64,000 nt of DNA from an uncultured Pseudomonadota bacterium (GTDB taxonomy: Bacteria > Oederibacteriota > Muellerivitia > Muellerivitales > Muellerivitaceae), in assembly GCA_963770835.1 (NCBI GenBank), contig CAVYRH010000004.1, positions 192,001 to 256,000 of the forward strand, written 5' to 3'. How positions within the stretch are numbered: position 1 is the first letter of the stretch; every line of letters starts with the position of its first letter. Shown here in pieces: positions 28,394 to 38,229 of this stretch. The notes below the pieces were generated by a model. The model ran no database searches. It was not told the DNA's origin and was given only the letters and a program-made list of their open reading frames with translations. The position numbers and the translations under genes were made by a program.

Positions 28394-29365
28394 TTACTTC
28401 GAGTCGGCGGGCGGGGCGGGGTTTTCCTCCACCGGCTTTTGGGTTTCTTGAAAAAGAAAAAGGGTCCCCCAGACCTTGCCCGAAAGGGTGGTACCGGAGG
28501 CGCTGTCCAGACGGAACCGCTTAGGTTTATTGTTCCAAACGATGTCCACATATTCCCGCTTGAGTTCCTTCCGGTCCTTTAGGGATTGGGCCATCCTCGC
28601 GCCGATTTCCCCCAGGGCGTTCTCCTTAAAAAGGTACAAATTAGTCAGGGATTTGGGGTTCATCTCCAGGATTTTCCCGACGGGCGCGTTGACGAAAAAA
28701 ATGTTTCCATCCGTGGAAACGGCCAGCGCCCCAATGGGAAGTGAATCCAAAACGTTCTTCAGAGTGGCCGCGTATTCCAAGGCCATTTGGTCGCCTTCCT
28801 TCACCCTTTCGGACAAAAGGCGCGCCTTCCGGACTAGGTCAGTGATTTCCTTTTCCTCTTGGACGGTCCGGAAGGCCAGGTAGGCCGAATGGATGGAAAC
28901 CACGAAAAGCAGGGCGCAGGACAAAAGCAGGAAGGGGTCCATGTAATTGAAGTTGTCGCTTTTGACGTAAACCAAGTAAATGTAGAGGGCCACCACCGCG
29001 ATGGCCACGAAGAGGCTTCGCCCCACGGACTGGCTCAAGGCCGAAATGAAAAAGGTGAGGAAGGTCAGGATGAGAAGGTTGGTCTCGAAGCGGTCGAAGA
29101 GATAAAGCCCGGCCAGGAGAAAGACGAAGTCCATGGAAAAGACAATGTATTGGAAGCGCACCTTCCCAAAGACATCCTCCTTCAGGAAATAAAAGGGGAG
29201 AAAAGTAGCCGCCAGGGCCAGGGCATAGGCCAGCACGGTGATTTTTTGATCCGGGTGGGCCTGAAGGAAAAGGAAGGCAAAACAATAAAGCGTGAGCGCC
29301 AGCAACAAGCGGATCAAGAAGATGTTCTTCTTGACGCGGGGTGTGGCTTGTTGGATTTCACTCAT
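28394..29365 (-). CDS. Membrane sensor protein with PAS domain and no output domain
   Basis: 5-6 N-terminal TM helices, coiled coil, NVLDSLPIGALAVSTDGNIFFVN PAS start, ends shortly after LFLFQE. Confidence 0.7.
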   Translation of the reverse strand: MSEIQQATPRVKKNIFLIRLLLALTLYCFAFLFLQAHPDQKITVLAYALALAATFLPFYFLKEDVFGKVRFQYIVFSMDFVFLLAGLYLFDRFETNLLILTFLTFFISALSQSVGRSLFVAIAVVALYIYLVYVKSDNFNYMDPFLLLSCALLFVVSIHSAYLAFRTVQEEKEITDLVRKARLLSERVKEGDQMALEYAATLKNVLDSLPIGALAVSTDGNIFFVNAPVGKILEMNPKSLTNLYLFKENALGEIGARMAQSLKDRKELKREYVDIVWNNKPKRFRLDSASGTTLSGKVWGTLFLFQETQKPVEENPAPPADSK

Positions 29366-29462
29366 GGGGGGTTGAAAACCTTTTTTTATTGCCACAAAAT
29401 CCACGGAAACATTTTTAAATGTCAAAGTGCCGTGGATTCCATCATAAGGCGGGCCAATTTCC

Positions 29463-30399
29463 ATGCAAAGCCAAAAGACAACCTATCCCCCCAGTGTGTG
29501 GCTGGCCCTGGCCTTGGTCTATCTCGTTTGGGGTTCCACCTATTTGGGCATTCACTTCGCTATCCAGTCCATCCCTCCCTTTCTCATGGCGGGAGCCCGC
29601 TTTTTAACCTCCGGCCTGATCCTTTTCGGCTTCGCCGTTTTATACGGCCTGGCTTCCTCCAAGGGATTTCCCCGGATCACCTGGGGCCATTGGAAGTCTT
29701 CCGCCGTCATCGGTTTTTTCCTGTTGCTCATCGGCAACGGCGGCGTGTGCTGGGCCGAACAAAAGGTGCCCTCCGGCATGGCGGCCCTCCTCGTGGGGAC
29801 GGTGCCCCTTTGGATGGCACTCTTGGAATGGACCTGGAAAAAGGGGTCAAGGCCGGGGCCCCAGGTTTGGATCGCCTTACTGCTGGGGTTCACGGGGATC
29901 GCCGTCTTGGTTCTGCTCCGGCCCGGGGATGGGCCCTTGCGGGTGGACCCCCTTTGGGCCCTCTTGCTGGTGGGAACCTCGCTGGCCTGGTCCTGGGGCT
30001 CCCTTTACGTCCGGTCCGCGTCGCTCCCTTCCTCCGCCCTCCTCGCCACGGCCCTGGAAATGATCGCTGGGGGCTTTCAGCTATTGGTGGCTGGGTTCCT
30101 GCTGGGGGAACCCAGCCGGTTCCACTTCTACCAATTGACCACCTCCTCGGTAGAGGCCTGGGTTTACCTGACGCTGGTGGGTTCGCTGATCGGTTTTACC
30201 TCTTAATATTTGGGTCCTGCAAAAGGCCACGCCGGGCTTGGCCTCTACTTATGCCTTCGTGAACCCCGTCATCGCGGTCTTCCTGGGCTGGCTTTTGGCC
30301 GGGGAGGCCCGCTCGCCTTCCCTTTCCCTGGCGGCGGCCCTGATCGTGACGGCTGTCATCCTGATCACCCGCGCCTCCCCCCGAAACCGGGGGAATTGA
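29463..30399 (+). CDS. EamA/DMT family transporter (YedA-like), +1 frameshift near 30205
   Basis: VYLVWGSTYLGI, PPFLMAGARF; removing one A at TCTTAATATT restores GFTSYIWVLQ..STYAFVNPVIAVFLGW to TGA 30399. Confidence 0.85.
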
Positions 30400-30481
30400 G
30401 CGGTTTTTAATTCCCACGGTTTCCCCGGCATTTCATTAAAATCCCTCCAGGTTGATAACTCGAAAGACTGGCGGCTTTCCC

Positions 30482-31753
30482 ATGGGCGAAACCATCTCGA
30501 ACATCGCGGTCATCGGCGGCGGCGCGGCGGGGTTGACGGCCGCCTATCTGCTCCAACAACATTACGTGGTCACCCTCTATGAAAAGAACAACTACGCGGG
30601 AGGGTACGCCAATACCGTTGTGATCCCCAACGGGCCGGATAAGGGAAAGCCAGTGGATACGGGTTTCACCCTGCTGAACGACCAGACCTATCCCACTTTT
30701 CGCCGGCTATTGAACCGTCTGGGGGTTGCCATCCGTCCCAGCGAATTTTCTTTCGGCTATTGGGACGAGAAGAGCGGGCTGCAATACGCGGCTACCGGCC
30801 CCAACGGCTTTTTCGCCCAGAGGTCCAACCTATGGAATTCCGCCTTCTGGAAAATTCTCCGCGAGTGGGTGTGGTTCAAGCGCCGGGCTTGGCGGGACAT
30901 GACCACGGGGAAACTTGATTCCCTTACCCTGGGGGAATACATCGAGCAGGGGAAATTTTCCGAAGGGTTCTCAAGGGACTGCCTTCTTCCCCTGGGATCG
31001 GCCATCTGGTGCACCTCCGTGAGGGAAATGAAACAGTTTCCCGCGGCCATGTTCGCAAGAGTTTTGGAGGGTTTTGGTTTTTTGGGCCAATCCCGCCGAC
31101 TTCAGTGGCAGACCGTGGAGGGGGGGAGCCACAACTACGTCAAGGCCATCGTGAGAACATTCAAGACGCGGGTCCGGCTGGGCGACCCCGTGGAGGAAGT
31201 GAAACGGAAGAAGGAACAGGTTTTGGTGCGCACCCGGGCCGGCCAGGAACAGGCTTATGACAAGGTAGTATTGGCATGCCACGCGGACGAGGCCTTAGGG
31301 CTTTTGGCCGACCCCAGCGAAGAGGAACAAAAACTTCTTTCGGTATGGAACTACCAGAAAAACAACGCCGTCCTCCACACCGACCGGGACGTCATACCGC
31401 CCCTTAAAAACGCCTGGGCCTGCTGGAACTATGTGCGGGAAAGGGACGCCACGCTGCCCCAGCCTGTTTCCATGACCTACCACATCAACCGCTTGCAGGG
31501 GCTGGAGTCCCAGGAACCCTATTTCGTGACCTTGAACCGGGTACGGCCCATTCCCGAAAGATATATCCTCAGGGAAATGTATTACACCAACCCCACTTTT
31601 ACGATGACAGCGGTCGAATCCCAAAAGGAGCTGCCCCGCCTGAATGGGGCCAACAATACCTATTATTGTGGCAGTTACTTTGGAGACGGCTTTCATGAGG
31701 ATGCGGTGAAATCGGCCGTGGCGGTGGCTCAATGCTTTGGCATCGATTTATGA
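30482..31753 (+). CDS. FAD-dependent oxidoreductase (COG2907 / amine-oxidase-like)
   Basis: IAVIGGGAAGL, VDTGF....TYP.F, LHTD...P....W.CWNY, GSYFGDGFHEDAV. Confidence 0.85.
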   Translation: MGETISNIAVIGGGAAGLTAAYLLQQHYVVTLYEKNNYAGGYANTVVIPNGPDKGKPVDTGFTLLNDQTYPTFRRLLNRLGVAIRPSEFSFGYWDEKSGLQYAATGPNGFFAQRSNLWNSAFWKILREWVWFKRRAWRDMTTGKLDSLTLGEYIEQGKFSEGFSRDCLLPLGSAIWCTSVREMKQFPAAMFARVLEGFGFLGQSRRLQWQTVEGGSHNYVKAIVRTFKTRVRLGDPVEEVKRKKEQVLVRTRAGQEQAYDKVVLACHADEALGLLADPSEEEQKLLSVWNYQKNNAVLHTDRDVIPPLKNAWACWNYVRERDATLPQPVSMTYHINRLQGLESQEPYFVTLNRVRPIPERYILREMYYTNPTFTMTAVESQKELPRLNGANNTYYCGSYFGDGFHEDAVKSAVAVAQCFGIDL

Positions 31754-31814
31754 GGGAACTCCAACGAAAAACTGTCGGGGACTGGTAAAGGCCTGTCGAA
31801 ATCTTATGATTAAC

Positions 31815-31836
31815 TGTGGGAATAATTAATCCCACA
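31815..31836. promoter_or_regulatory. Operator-like inverted repeat upstream of the desaturase
   Basis: TGTGGGA-ATAATTAA-TCCCACA. Confidence 0.35.
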
Positions 31837-32126
31837 ATACCCTGAAGACCATCTCCCATTGGGAGGGGTTGGCGGTGTTGCCACAATGTATGGATTTTTG
31901 CCGCTTCAACGGGGCAAGGAACCCACCCAGAGGCTGTTTTAAGGTGATAACGCTCCACCCCCGGGGTATAATTTCGTTGGGAATGAACGTCTTCCAAAGG
32001 CGCGCTTTTCCTGCGGCGGCGGCCCGGTTTTTCGTATGGCAGGCGGTTCTGACAAACTCCCTTCCCTCTGCGCTTCAATCGGCGCTGGCCCGTCCAAAAT
32101 CAAATTTTTGAGAGGTGTTTTTCCTT

Positions 32127-33122
32127 ATGCTACCAGCTGATGCCGAACCAATAACAATCCAATCCCTAACCCAACCCATCCTCATCCAAACCCCAACCCA
32201 ACCCGCCGCCGACGCGGATACCCGCCGGAATTTCCTCCGAACTTTCACCAAGGACGAGCAAATCGATTGGGGCGGCAGTATTCCCTTTTTCGGCGTGCAC
32301 GTCATCGGCCTCCTGGCTTTCCTCACCGGAGTCAGCTGGGCCGCTATCCTCATGTGCCTCTTCATGTACTATTCCCGCATGTTCGCCATCACGGGGATCT
32401 ACCATCGGTACTTCTCCCACCGCACCTACAAAACCAGCCGGTTCTTCCAGGCCGTCATGGCCTTCTGGGGCACTTCCTGCGGCCAGCAGGGGCCCCTTTG
32501 GTGGGCCGCCCATCACCGCCATCACCATAAATACTCGGACATGCCGGAGGATATCCATTCACCCGGTTTGCGGGGCTTCTGGTGGTCCCATTGGGGATGG
32601 ATCCTCTGCAAGCGCTACGCGGACACCAATGAGCTTGCGGTCAAGGACTTGACCAAGTATCCCGAGCTCAAATTCATCAACAAGTACCATGGATTGGCCC
32701 CCTTCATCCTGGCCACGCTCATCTTCTTCTTCGGCTCTTTCCTCCAACACGCGGCCCCGCAATTGCACACCAACGGCTTACAGATGATGTGCTGGGGCTT
32801 CTTCACTTCCACCACCCTGCTTTACCACGGCACCTTCACCATCAATTCCCTTTCCCACGTTTTCGGGAAAAAGCGGTTTGAAACCGGAGACGACAGCAAG
32901 AACAATTTCATCCTGTCGTTGATCACCATGGGGGAAGGGTGGCACAACAACCACCATAAGTTCCCTTACGCCGAGCCGCAGGGCATTTACTGGTGGGAAA
33001 TCGACATGTCACATTATGTCCTGAAGGTGTTTTCCTGGTTCGGCCTGGTGTGGGATATTCAAACCCACCCCAAGGAACTCTTTGCCGCTGCTAAGAGCCT
33101 GAAGAGCGAAGCGGCCGCGTAA
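32127..33122 (+). CDS. Acyl-CoA (delta-9-type) fatty acid desaturase
   Basis: His boxes HRYFSH, HHRHHH, GEGWHNNHH; WWEID. Confidence 0.93.
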   Translation: MLPADAEPITIQSLTQPILIQTPTQPAADADTRRNFLRTFTKDEQIDWGGSIPFFGVHVIGLLAFLTGVSWAAILMCLFMYYSRMFAITGIYHRYFSHRTYKTSRFFQAVMAFWGTSCGQQGPLWWAAHHRHHHKYSDMPEDIHSPGLRGFWWSHWGWILCKRYADTNELAVKDLTKYPELKFINKYHGLAPFILATLIFFFGSFLQHAAPQLHTNGLQMMCWGFFTSTTLLYHGTFTINSLSHVFGKKRFETGDDSKNNFILSLITMGEGWHNNHHKFPYAEPQGIYWWEIDMSHYVLKVFSWFGLVWDIQTHPKELFAAAKSLKSEAAA

Positions 33123-33147
33123 CAAGCGCCGTCCAAGTTGATCTCGA

Positions 33148-33180
33148 AAGGGGGGCGGGAAATCCCGCCCCCCTTTTTTG
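33148..33180 (+). terminator. Intrinsic terminator after desaturase
   Basis: AAGGGGGGCGGGA-aa-TCCCGCCCCCCTT plus T-run. Confidence 0.8.
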
Positions 33181-33227
33181 TTTTGGAGTTTAGGGATTAA
33201 TATGATTTAAAGAGCGGGAGTGTAAGC

Positions 33228-33683
33228 GTGAACCTTTATTTGATCCTGAAGTTTCTGCACGTGGTTTTCGCGGTGGTGGCGGTGGGGTTCAACCTCAGCT
33301 ACGGTTTTTGGCTGGCCCGCGCCCGCAAGAACCCTGAAAATCTGCCGTTCGTGCTGAAAAACATCAAGGTCATGGATAGCGCCGTTGCTAACCCCGCCTA
33401 TATGGGTTTGGGAATTACCGGACCCCTCATGGCCTGGTTAGGCGGCTATTCCTGGCATTCTTTTTGGATATGGATGTCGGTTCTGCTTTTAGTCTTGGCC
33501 GCGATCCTGGGCATCGTGGTTTATTCCCCCCTCCTCAAAAACCAGATCCGGGCCTTGGAAACCCAAGGCGCGGATTCGGCCGAATACAAGGCGCTGGAAC
33601 TTAAAGCCACCCAGCTCGGCTTTGGGCTTATCGCAATCGTAGCGATCATCATCTTCCTGATGGTGACCAAGATCCAATTTTAA
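33228..33683 (+). CDS. DUF2269 family membrane protein
   Basis: LKFLHVVFAVVAVG N-terminus, 4 TM, C-terminal FLMVTK. Confidence 0.8.
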   Translation: MNLYLILKFLHVVFAVVAVGFNLSYGFWLARARKNPENLPFVLKNIKVMDSAVANPAYMGLGITGPLMAWLGGYSWHSFWIWMSVLLLVLAAILGIVVYSPLLKNQIRALETQGADSAEYKALELKATQLGFGLIAIVAIIIFLMVTKIQF

Positions 33684-33720
33684 TCCCCACTTTAAAAAAT
33701 CCACCTCAAAGATAAATTTT

Positions 33721-35562
33721 TCAGCAGCACCCATACTCCGGCATTTCGTGGCCCTTGTGCGAGGAGTCGTGCACGGCCTTGGGGTGCTTCTTCTTCACTA
33801 AAATCTGGTACCAGCGGTGGAAGGATTCCCACAAGATCACGACCGCGCAAAAGAGGATGACGCTCGTCACCGCGATATTGATCCAGGCGTTAAAGGACTT
33901 TTGGGGGTCGGCGGCCAAGAGATAGTTGTTGTGGATGATCAAAACGCAGGCGGTCAAGGTGGTGACGCAAACAAACAGCATGGGAACAAGGGTAAACCAG
34001 GCGTATTTAACCCTGCCGGAATTGATGATGGCGCTGGTGGCCACCGCCAGGGCCACCCCCGCGAGAAGCTGGTTGGCGGCCCCGAACATGGGCCAGATGG
34101 TGCTGACGTTGCCGGTCCAAAGAAGGTAACTCCACAGGAAGACCACCAGGGCGGTGCATAAGACCGTGCCGGGCACCCAATCGGTTTTCTCCACGGGTTT
34201 CCAGAACCGGCCCAGGAATTCCTGCATCAGGAATCGGGCCACGCGCGTTCCCGCGTCGATGGTGGTGAGGATGAAAAGAGCCTCAAACATGATCATGAAA
34301 TGGTAGAAGTAATCCATCAGGCCCTGGAGGCCCGGGATGCCCGAGAAAATCTGCGCGAAGCCCACGGCCAGGGAGACCCCGCCCCCGGTGCGCCCCACTA
34401 GATTCTCGCCCACCGCTTGGCTGAGCTCCTGCAAATGGACCGGATTCAGGCCGAGCGCGGCGAACTTCTCCGCGGGAAGGTTGATGGCGAAATAGTCAGC
34501 GGGGAATAGGGAACAGGAAGCCAAAAGCGCCACGATGCCCACCAGGCCCTCCATCAACATGGCCCCGTAGCCCACGAACCTCGCCTCCGATTCCCTGTCC
34601 AGCATCTTGGGGGTCGTGCCCGAGGCCACCAAGGCATGGAAACCCGAAATGGCCCCGCAGGCGATGGTGATGAAAAGGAAGGGGAATAACTTCCCGGGAA
34701 TAATGGGCCCCCCGCCGTTGTCATAGGCTGTAAAAGCCGGCATTTGAAGGTAAGGATGGACCAGGATGATGCCCAGGACCAGGCCGCCAATGGTGCCGAT
34801 CTTCATGTAGGAGCTCAAGTAGTCCCGGGGAGCCAGCAGCATCCAGATCGGAAGGACCGAGGCGACGAAGGCGTAGAGGCTCAAGAGAACAATGATCTGG
34901 TTCCGGGGGAAGGTGAAACAAGCCGCCAGGGCCGGCGGAAGGAACTTGCCGAAAACAACCGCCAGGAACACCAGGGTGACCCCAATGAGGCTGGCCTCGC
35001 CAATTTTCCCGGGCCGGATGCGGTGCATCCAAAAGCCCACCAAAAGGGCGATAGGGATGGTCATTCCAATTGAGAAGGTTCCCCAAGAGCTCTCCTTCAG
35101 CGCGCCCACCACCACGATCCCCAAACCCGCCAGGGCCACGACCACGATGAAAAAGATGGCGATGGAACCGACGGCCCCCGCCAGGGGGCTGATCTCATGC
35201 CGCGCGATTTCCGCCAGGGATTTCCCCTTGCGGCGGATGGAGGCCACCAGGATCATGAAATCCTGCACCGCCCCCGCCAGGCAAACGCCGATCAAGAGCC
35301 ACAGGAAGCTCGGCACGTAGCCGAACTGAGCGGCCAGGACGGGGCCGATCAAGGGGCCCGAACCCGCAATGGCCGCGAAGTGGTGGCCGAAGACCACCCA
35401 TTTGTTGGTGGGATGGTAGTTCTGGCCGTCTTTCAGGCGATGGGCGGGGGTGGTCCGCTTGTCATTGAGGGCCACCACCTTCAAGGCCAGGAAGCGGCTG
35501 TAAAAGCCATAGGCCGCGGCCATGACCAGGAGGGCGGGAAGGATCAGCCAAAGGACGTTCAT
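33721..35562 (-). CDS. cstA: Carbon starvation protein A (peptide/pyruvate transporter)
   Basis: FGHHFAAIAGSGPLIGP, APRDYLS, TIACGAISGFHAL..SGTT, WPMFGAANQLLA. Confidence 0.93.
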   Translation of the reverse strand: MNVLWLILPALLVMAAAYGFYSRFLALKVVALNDKRTTPAHRLKDGQNYHPTNKWVVFGHHFAAIAGSGPLIGPVLAAQFGYVPSFLWLLIGVCLAGAVQDFMILVASIRRKGKSLAEIARHEISPLAGAVGSIAIFFIVVVALAGLGIVVVGALKESSWGTFSIGMTIPIALLVGFWMHRIRPGKIGEASLIGVTLVFLAVVFGKFLPPALAACFTFPRNQIIVLLSLYAFVASVLPIWMLLAPRDYLSSYMKIGTIGGLVLGIILVHPYLQMPAFTAYDNGGGPIIPGKLFPFLFITIACGAISGFHALVASGTTPKMLDRESEARFVGYGAMLMEGLVGIVALLASCSLFPADYFAINLPAEKFAALGLNPVHLQELSQAVGENLVGRTGGGVSLAVGFAQIFSGIPGLQGLMDYFYHFMIMFEALFILTTIDAGTRVARFLMQEFLGRFWKPVEKTDWVPGTVLCTALVVFLWSYLLWTGNVSTIWPMFGAANQLLAGVALAVATSAIINSGRVKYAWFTLVPMLFVCVTTLTACVLIIHNNYLLAADPQKSFNAWINIAVTSVILFCAVVILWESFHRWYQILVKKKHPKAVHDSSHKGHEMPEYGCC

Positions 35563-35631
35563 GAGGGCTCCTTGAAGGGAATGAACTCTTACCATAAACG
35601 ATGGTAAAACCCCCCGTCAACCTGAGTGCGG

Positions 35632-36954
35632 TCAGGTTTTTGTTTTCGGCATAAACCGCTTACGGGCCCACTCGTAAAAGGATTCTTTGTCCAGGGGCCG
35701 GGCCACCAGCTCGGCGGCCAGGGCGGAAAGCATGATGGGGAAGATGGCCACGTGGTGGTCGGTCATTTCCACCACCAGCACGAAGGCCGTGAAGGGCGTA
35801 CGGGTGACGCCGGTCAAAAAGCCCGCCATACCCAGCAGAATCAGCAGGTTGGCCGAGCCGGTGTGAAACAGGGAATCCAAAACCGATCCGGTGCAGGCCC
35901 CGGCGGCCAGGGCCGGCGCGAAGATGCCCCCCGCAGAGCCGGAAACGTAAAAAACTAGGGACCCGATGGCCCTCAGGAAGGGAAGATCCCAGGTGGATTT
36001 TTCCCCCTTGAACAGCAGGGTGTTCATGACTTCCAAACCCGATCCGCCGGCTTGGGGGTTCAAAAAAACCAGCCCCGCCATGAAAAGACCGCAGGCTATT
36101 ACTAAGATTGCCCATTGGACCTTGGTTTTCAGCCGCTCCCGCCAGGTGAGGAGCCACTTGATACCCATTCCATAAAAGGCCCCAAAGGCTCCGCTCACCA
36201 GGCCCACCGCCAGGGCGATCCATAATATGGAAATCGGCACGTTCCCGATCTGGGGATAGCCCAGGTAAAGGTAGCTTCCGAAAATCCACTGGGACACCAG
36301 CCCGGCAATGATGATGGAACTGATGAGCACGGTGCGGAACCGGCGGAAGTGGATGGACATCTCCTCGATGGCGAAAACGATGCCGCCCAGGGGGGTATTG
36401 AAGGCGGAAGCCAGCCCGGCGGCGGCACCGGCCACAATCCAGGCCGAGGAATCGGATTCGGAGCGGAAGCGGCGGAAAAAGCGGCCCACGCCGTGGAAAA
36501 TCCCCGTGGAAACCTGGATAGTGGGGCCTTCCCGGCCAGTAACGGCGCCCCCCAGGGCGGCCAAAAGGGAGCTGGCGATCTTTACGGCCACCGCCTTGAG
36601 GGAAAGGAGCCGGTCCACCCATTTCTTGTCCCGCTTGTAATTTAGGTCGTTAGCAGCCAGGACCTGGGGAATGCCGCTGCCGGTAGCCTCGGGCGCGAGG
36701 AAAACCACCAAGGCCCAGGAAACCAAAAGACAAAGGGGCGTCCAAATCCAGACGGCTTGGGGATGGGAAGCGATGACCGCTCGGTAGGCAGTTTCAGTCA
36801 TTTTGAAAAGCCAAGCGTAAGTGACACAGGTGAAGGCGGCCAGGAAGGCCGAAATCCAGAAGGCCAGGGTTTGGAGATGGTCGCCGTAAGCCAGGAAGGT
36901 TTGGACCATCCGCTTCAGTGGCACCAGCGAAGGCCGGGGGGACTTTCTTTTCAC
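35632..36954 (-). CDS. ClC family Cl-/H+ antiporter
   Basis: GSGIP, GREGP (gating Glu), FNTPLGGIVFAIEE (proton Glu), GIFAP, terminal Tyr. Confidence 0.92.
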   Translation of the reverse strand: MKRKSPRPSLVPLKRMVQTFLAYGDHLQTLAFWISAFLAAFTCVTYAWLFKMTETAYRAVIASHPQAVWIWTPLCLLVSWALVVFLAPEATGSGIPQVLAANDLNYKRDKKWVDRLLSLKAVAVKIASSLLAALGGAVTGREGPTIQVSTGIFHGVGRFFRRFRSESDSSAWIVAGAAAGLASAFNTPLGGIVFAIEEMSIHFRRFRTVLISSIIIAGLVSQWIFGSYLYLGYPQIGNVPISILWIALAVGLVSGAFGAFYGMGIKWLLTWRERLKTKVQWAILVIACGLFMAGLVFLNPQAGGSGLEVMNTLLFKGEKSTWDLPFLRAIGSLVFYVSGSAGGIFAPALAAGACTGSVLDSLFHTGSANLLILLGMAGFLTGVTRTPFTAFVLVVEMTDHHVAIFPIMLSALAAELVARPLDKESFYEWARKRFMPKTKT

Positions 36955-37084
36955 TTCGAAACCTTTCCTCCGAAATGGCGATCCAAGCGGAGAGGGATTC
37001 TACAGAATAAAAGGGGCAAAAAGATAGCTGTACGCAGGGGAAGCCCCCTTTTCTTTTGAGCAAGGATTCGGCTAGAGTAAACCT

Positions 37085-37867
37085 ATGGCCGACGAAAACC
37101 TAACCAGCCCAATCCTTTCAACCCAACCCAAAGGTTGGGTGCGATGCCTTTCCCTTGCGGGTTTCCTGTTTGCCCTTGCGGCGGTCCTTCTCGCGGTTTT
37201 TTCAGGGTTCGGAACCAAATGGGGCTGGTGGGATTTCCGGCTTGGGTTGAAGCTTTTCTTGTATTCCGCTGGGGCGGGAGCCGTGGGGCTGGTTCTTTCC
37301 ATCGTGGGCTTAAGTCTTTTCAAATACAGGGGTGCGGGACTTTTGAAATATGTCTTGGGAGCCCTCTTGAGCCTTCTCATCACGGGTAATTTTTTGGTGC
37401 GGTTTCACTTCGCCAAACAGGTCCCCCCCATCCATGACATTACTACCGACACCCAGAATCCGCCCCTGTTCGACGACACCCTCCTGGCGCTGCGCAAAGG
37501 TGCCCTGAACCCACCCGAGTACGGAGGCCCCTCCGTCGCCGAACAGCAGCAAAAGGCCTATCCCGATCTTAAGCCGGTCGTTTTGGAGAATTCCCCGGCC
37601 AAGGTTTGGGAAGCCTGCCTGGCCGCGGCAAAAAAAATGGGATGGGACATCGACGCCATGGATGAAGCCCGCGGGCGCATTGAAGCCACGGATACCACTT
37701 TCTGGTTCGGCTTCAAGGACGACGTCGTGGTGCGGGTGACACCGCAGGGGAGCGGAAGCCGCGTGGATGTCCGGTCCGTCTCCCGGGTGGGAAAAGGGGA
37801 CGTCGGCACCAACGCCAAGCGCATCCGCCGTTTCCTGTCCCAAGTGCGGTCGGCCTTCGGAGCCTAA
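37085..37867 (+). CDS. DUF1499 domain membrane protein
   Basis: PPIHDITTD..NPP, IEATDTTFWFGFKDDVVVR, DVRSVSRVGKGDVGTNAKRI. Confidence 0.88.
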   Translation: MADENLTSPILSTQPKGWVRCLSLAGFLFALAAVLLAVFSGFGTKWGWWDFRLGLKLFLYSAGAGAVGLVLSIVGLSLFKYRGAGLLKYVLGALLSLLITGNFLVRFHFAKQVPPIHDITTDTQNPPLFDDTLLALRKGALNPPEYGGPSVAEQQQKAYPDLKPVVLENSPAKVWEACLAAAKKMGWDIDAMDEARGRIEATDTTFWFGFKDDVVVRVTPQGSGSRVDVRSVSRVGKGDVGTNAKRIRRFLSQVRSAFGA

Positions 37868-37870
37868 AAC

Positions 37871-38224
37871 TTGGTCCGGGTGAAGCGAATGTACCTTCCC
37901 GTGGGAAAAAAGGACGGCCAGCGATTCCTTGCGGACCGCTTTTGGCCCCGGGGCGTGAAAAAAGAAAAAACCCGGCTTTCGACTTGGATGCGGCAGATCG
38001 CGCCCAGCGAAATCCTACGCAAATGGTTCGGCCACGATCCCGAAAAATGGGGAGATTTCCAGAAACGCTACCGTTAGGAATTGGTGGGCCATGGGGAATT
38101 CCTCAAGGCCCTTCTTCAAACCGCCCGCAAAGGTAAGGTGACCCTTCTTTTCGCCGCTAAGGATGAGAAGCACAACAACGCCGTCGTGCTAAAGGGTTAT
38201 TTGGAGCACCGGTTGAAATCGTAG
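37871..38224 (+). pseudogene. DUF488 (YeaO-like) gene interrupted by an in-frame TAG at 38075-38077
   Basis: KRMY...DG.R.L.DR.WPRG.KKE...APS..LRKWFGHDPEKW..F..RYR* then in frame EL...VTLLFAAKDEKHNNAVVLK.YL to TAG 38224. Confidence 0.8.
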
Positions 38225-38229
38225 GTTTT

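Noticed and set aside
28859..30262. 467-aa + strand ORF
   Set aside because: Overlaps the antisense PAS gene and an alternative frame of eamA; no motifs
36955..37084. Possible fluoride riboswitch upstream of the ClC gene
   Set aside because: No GGCGATGG...CTGATG consensus on the coding strand; the protein has GSGIP/GREGP rather than fluoride-type motifs
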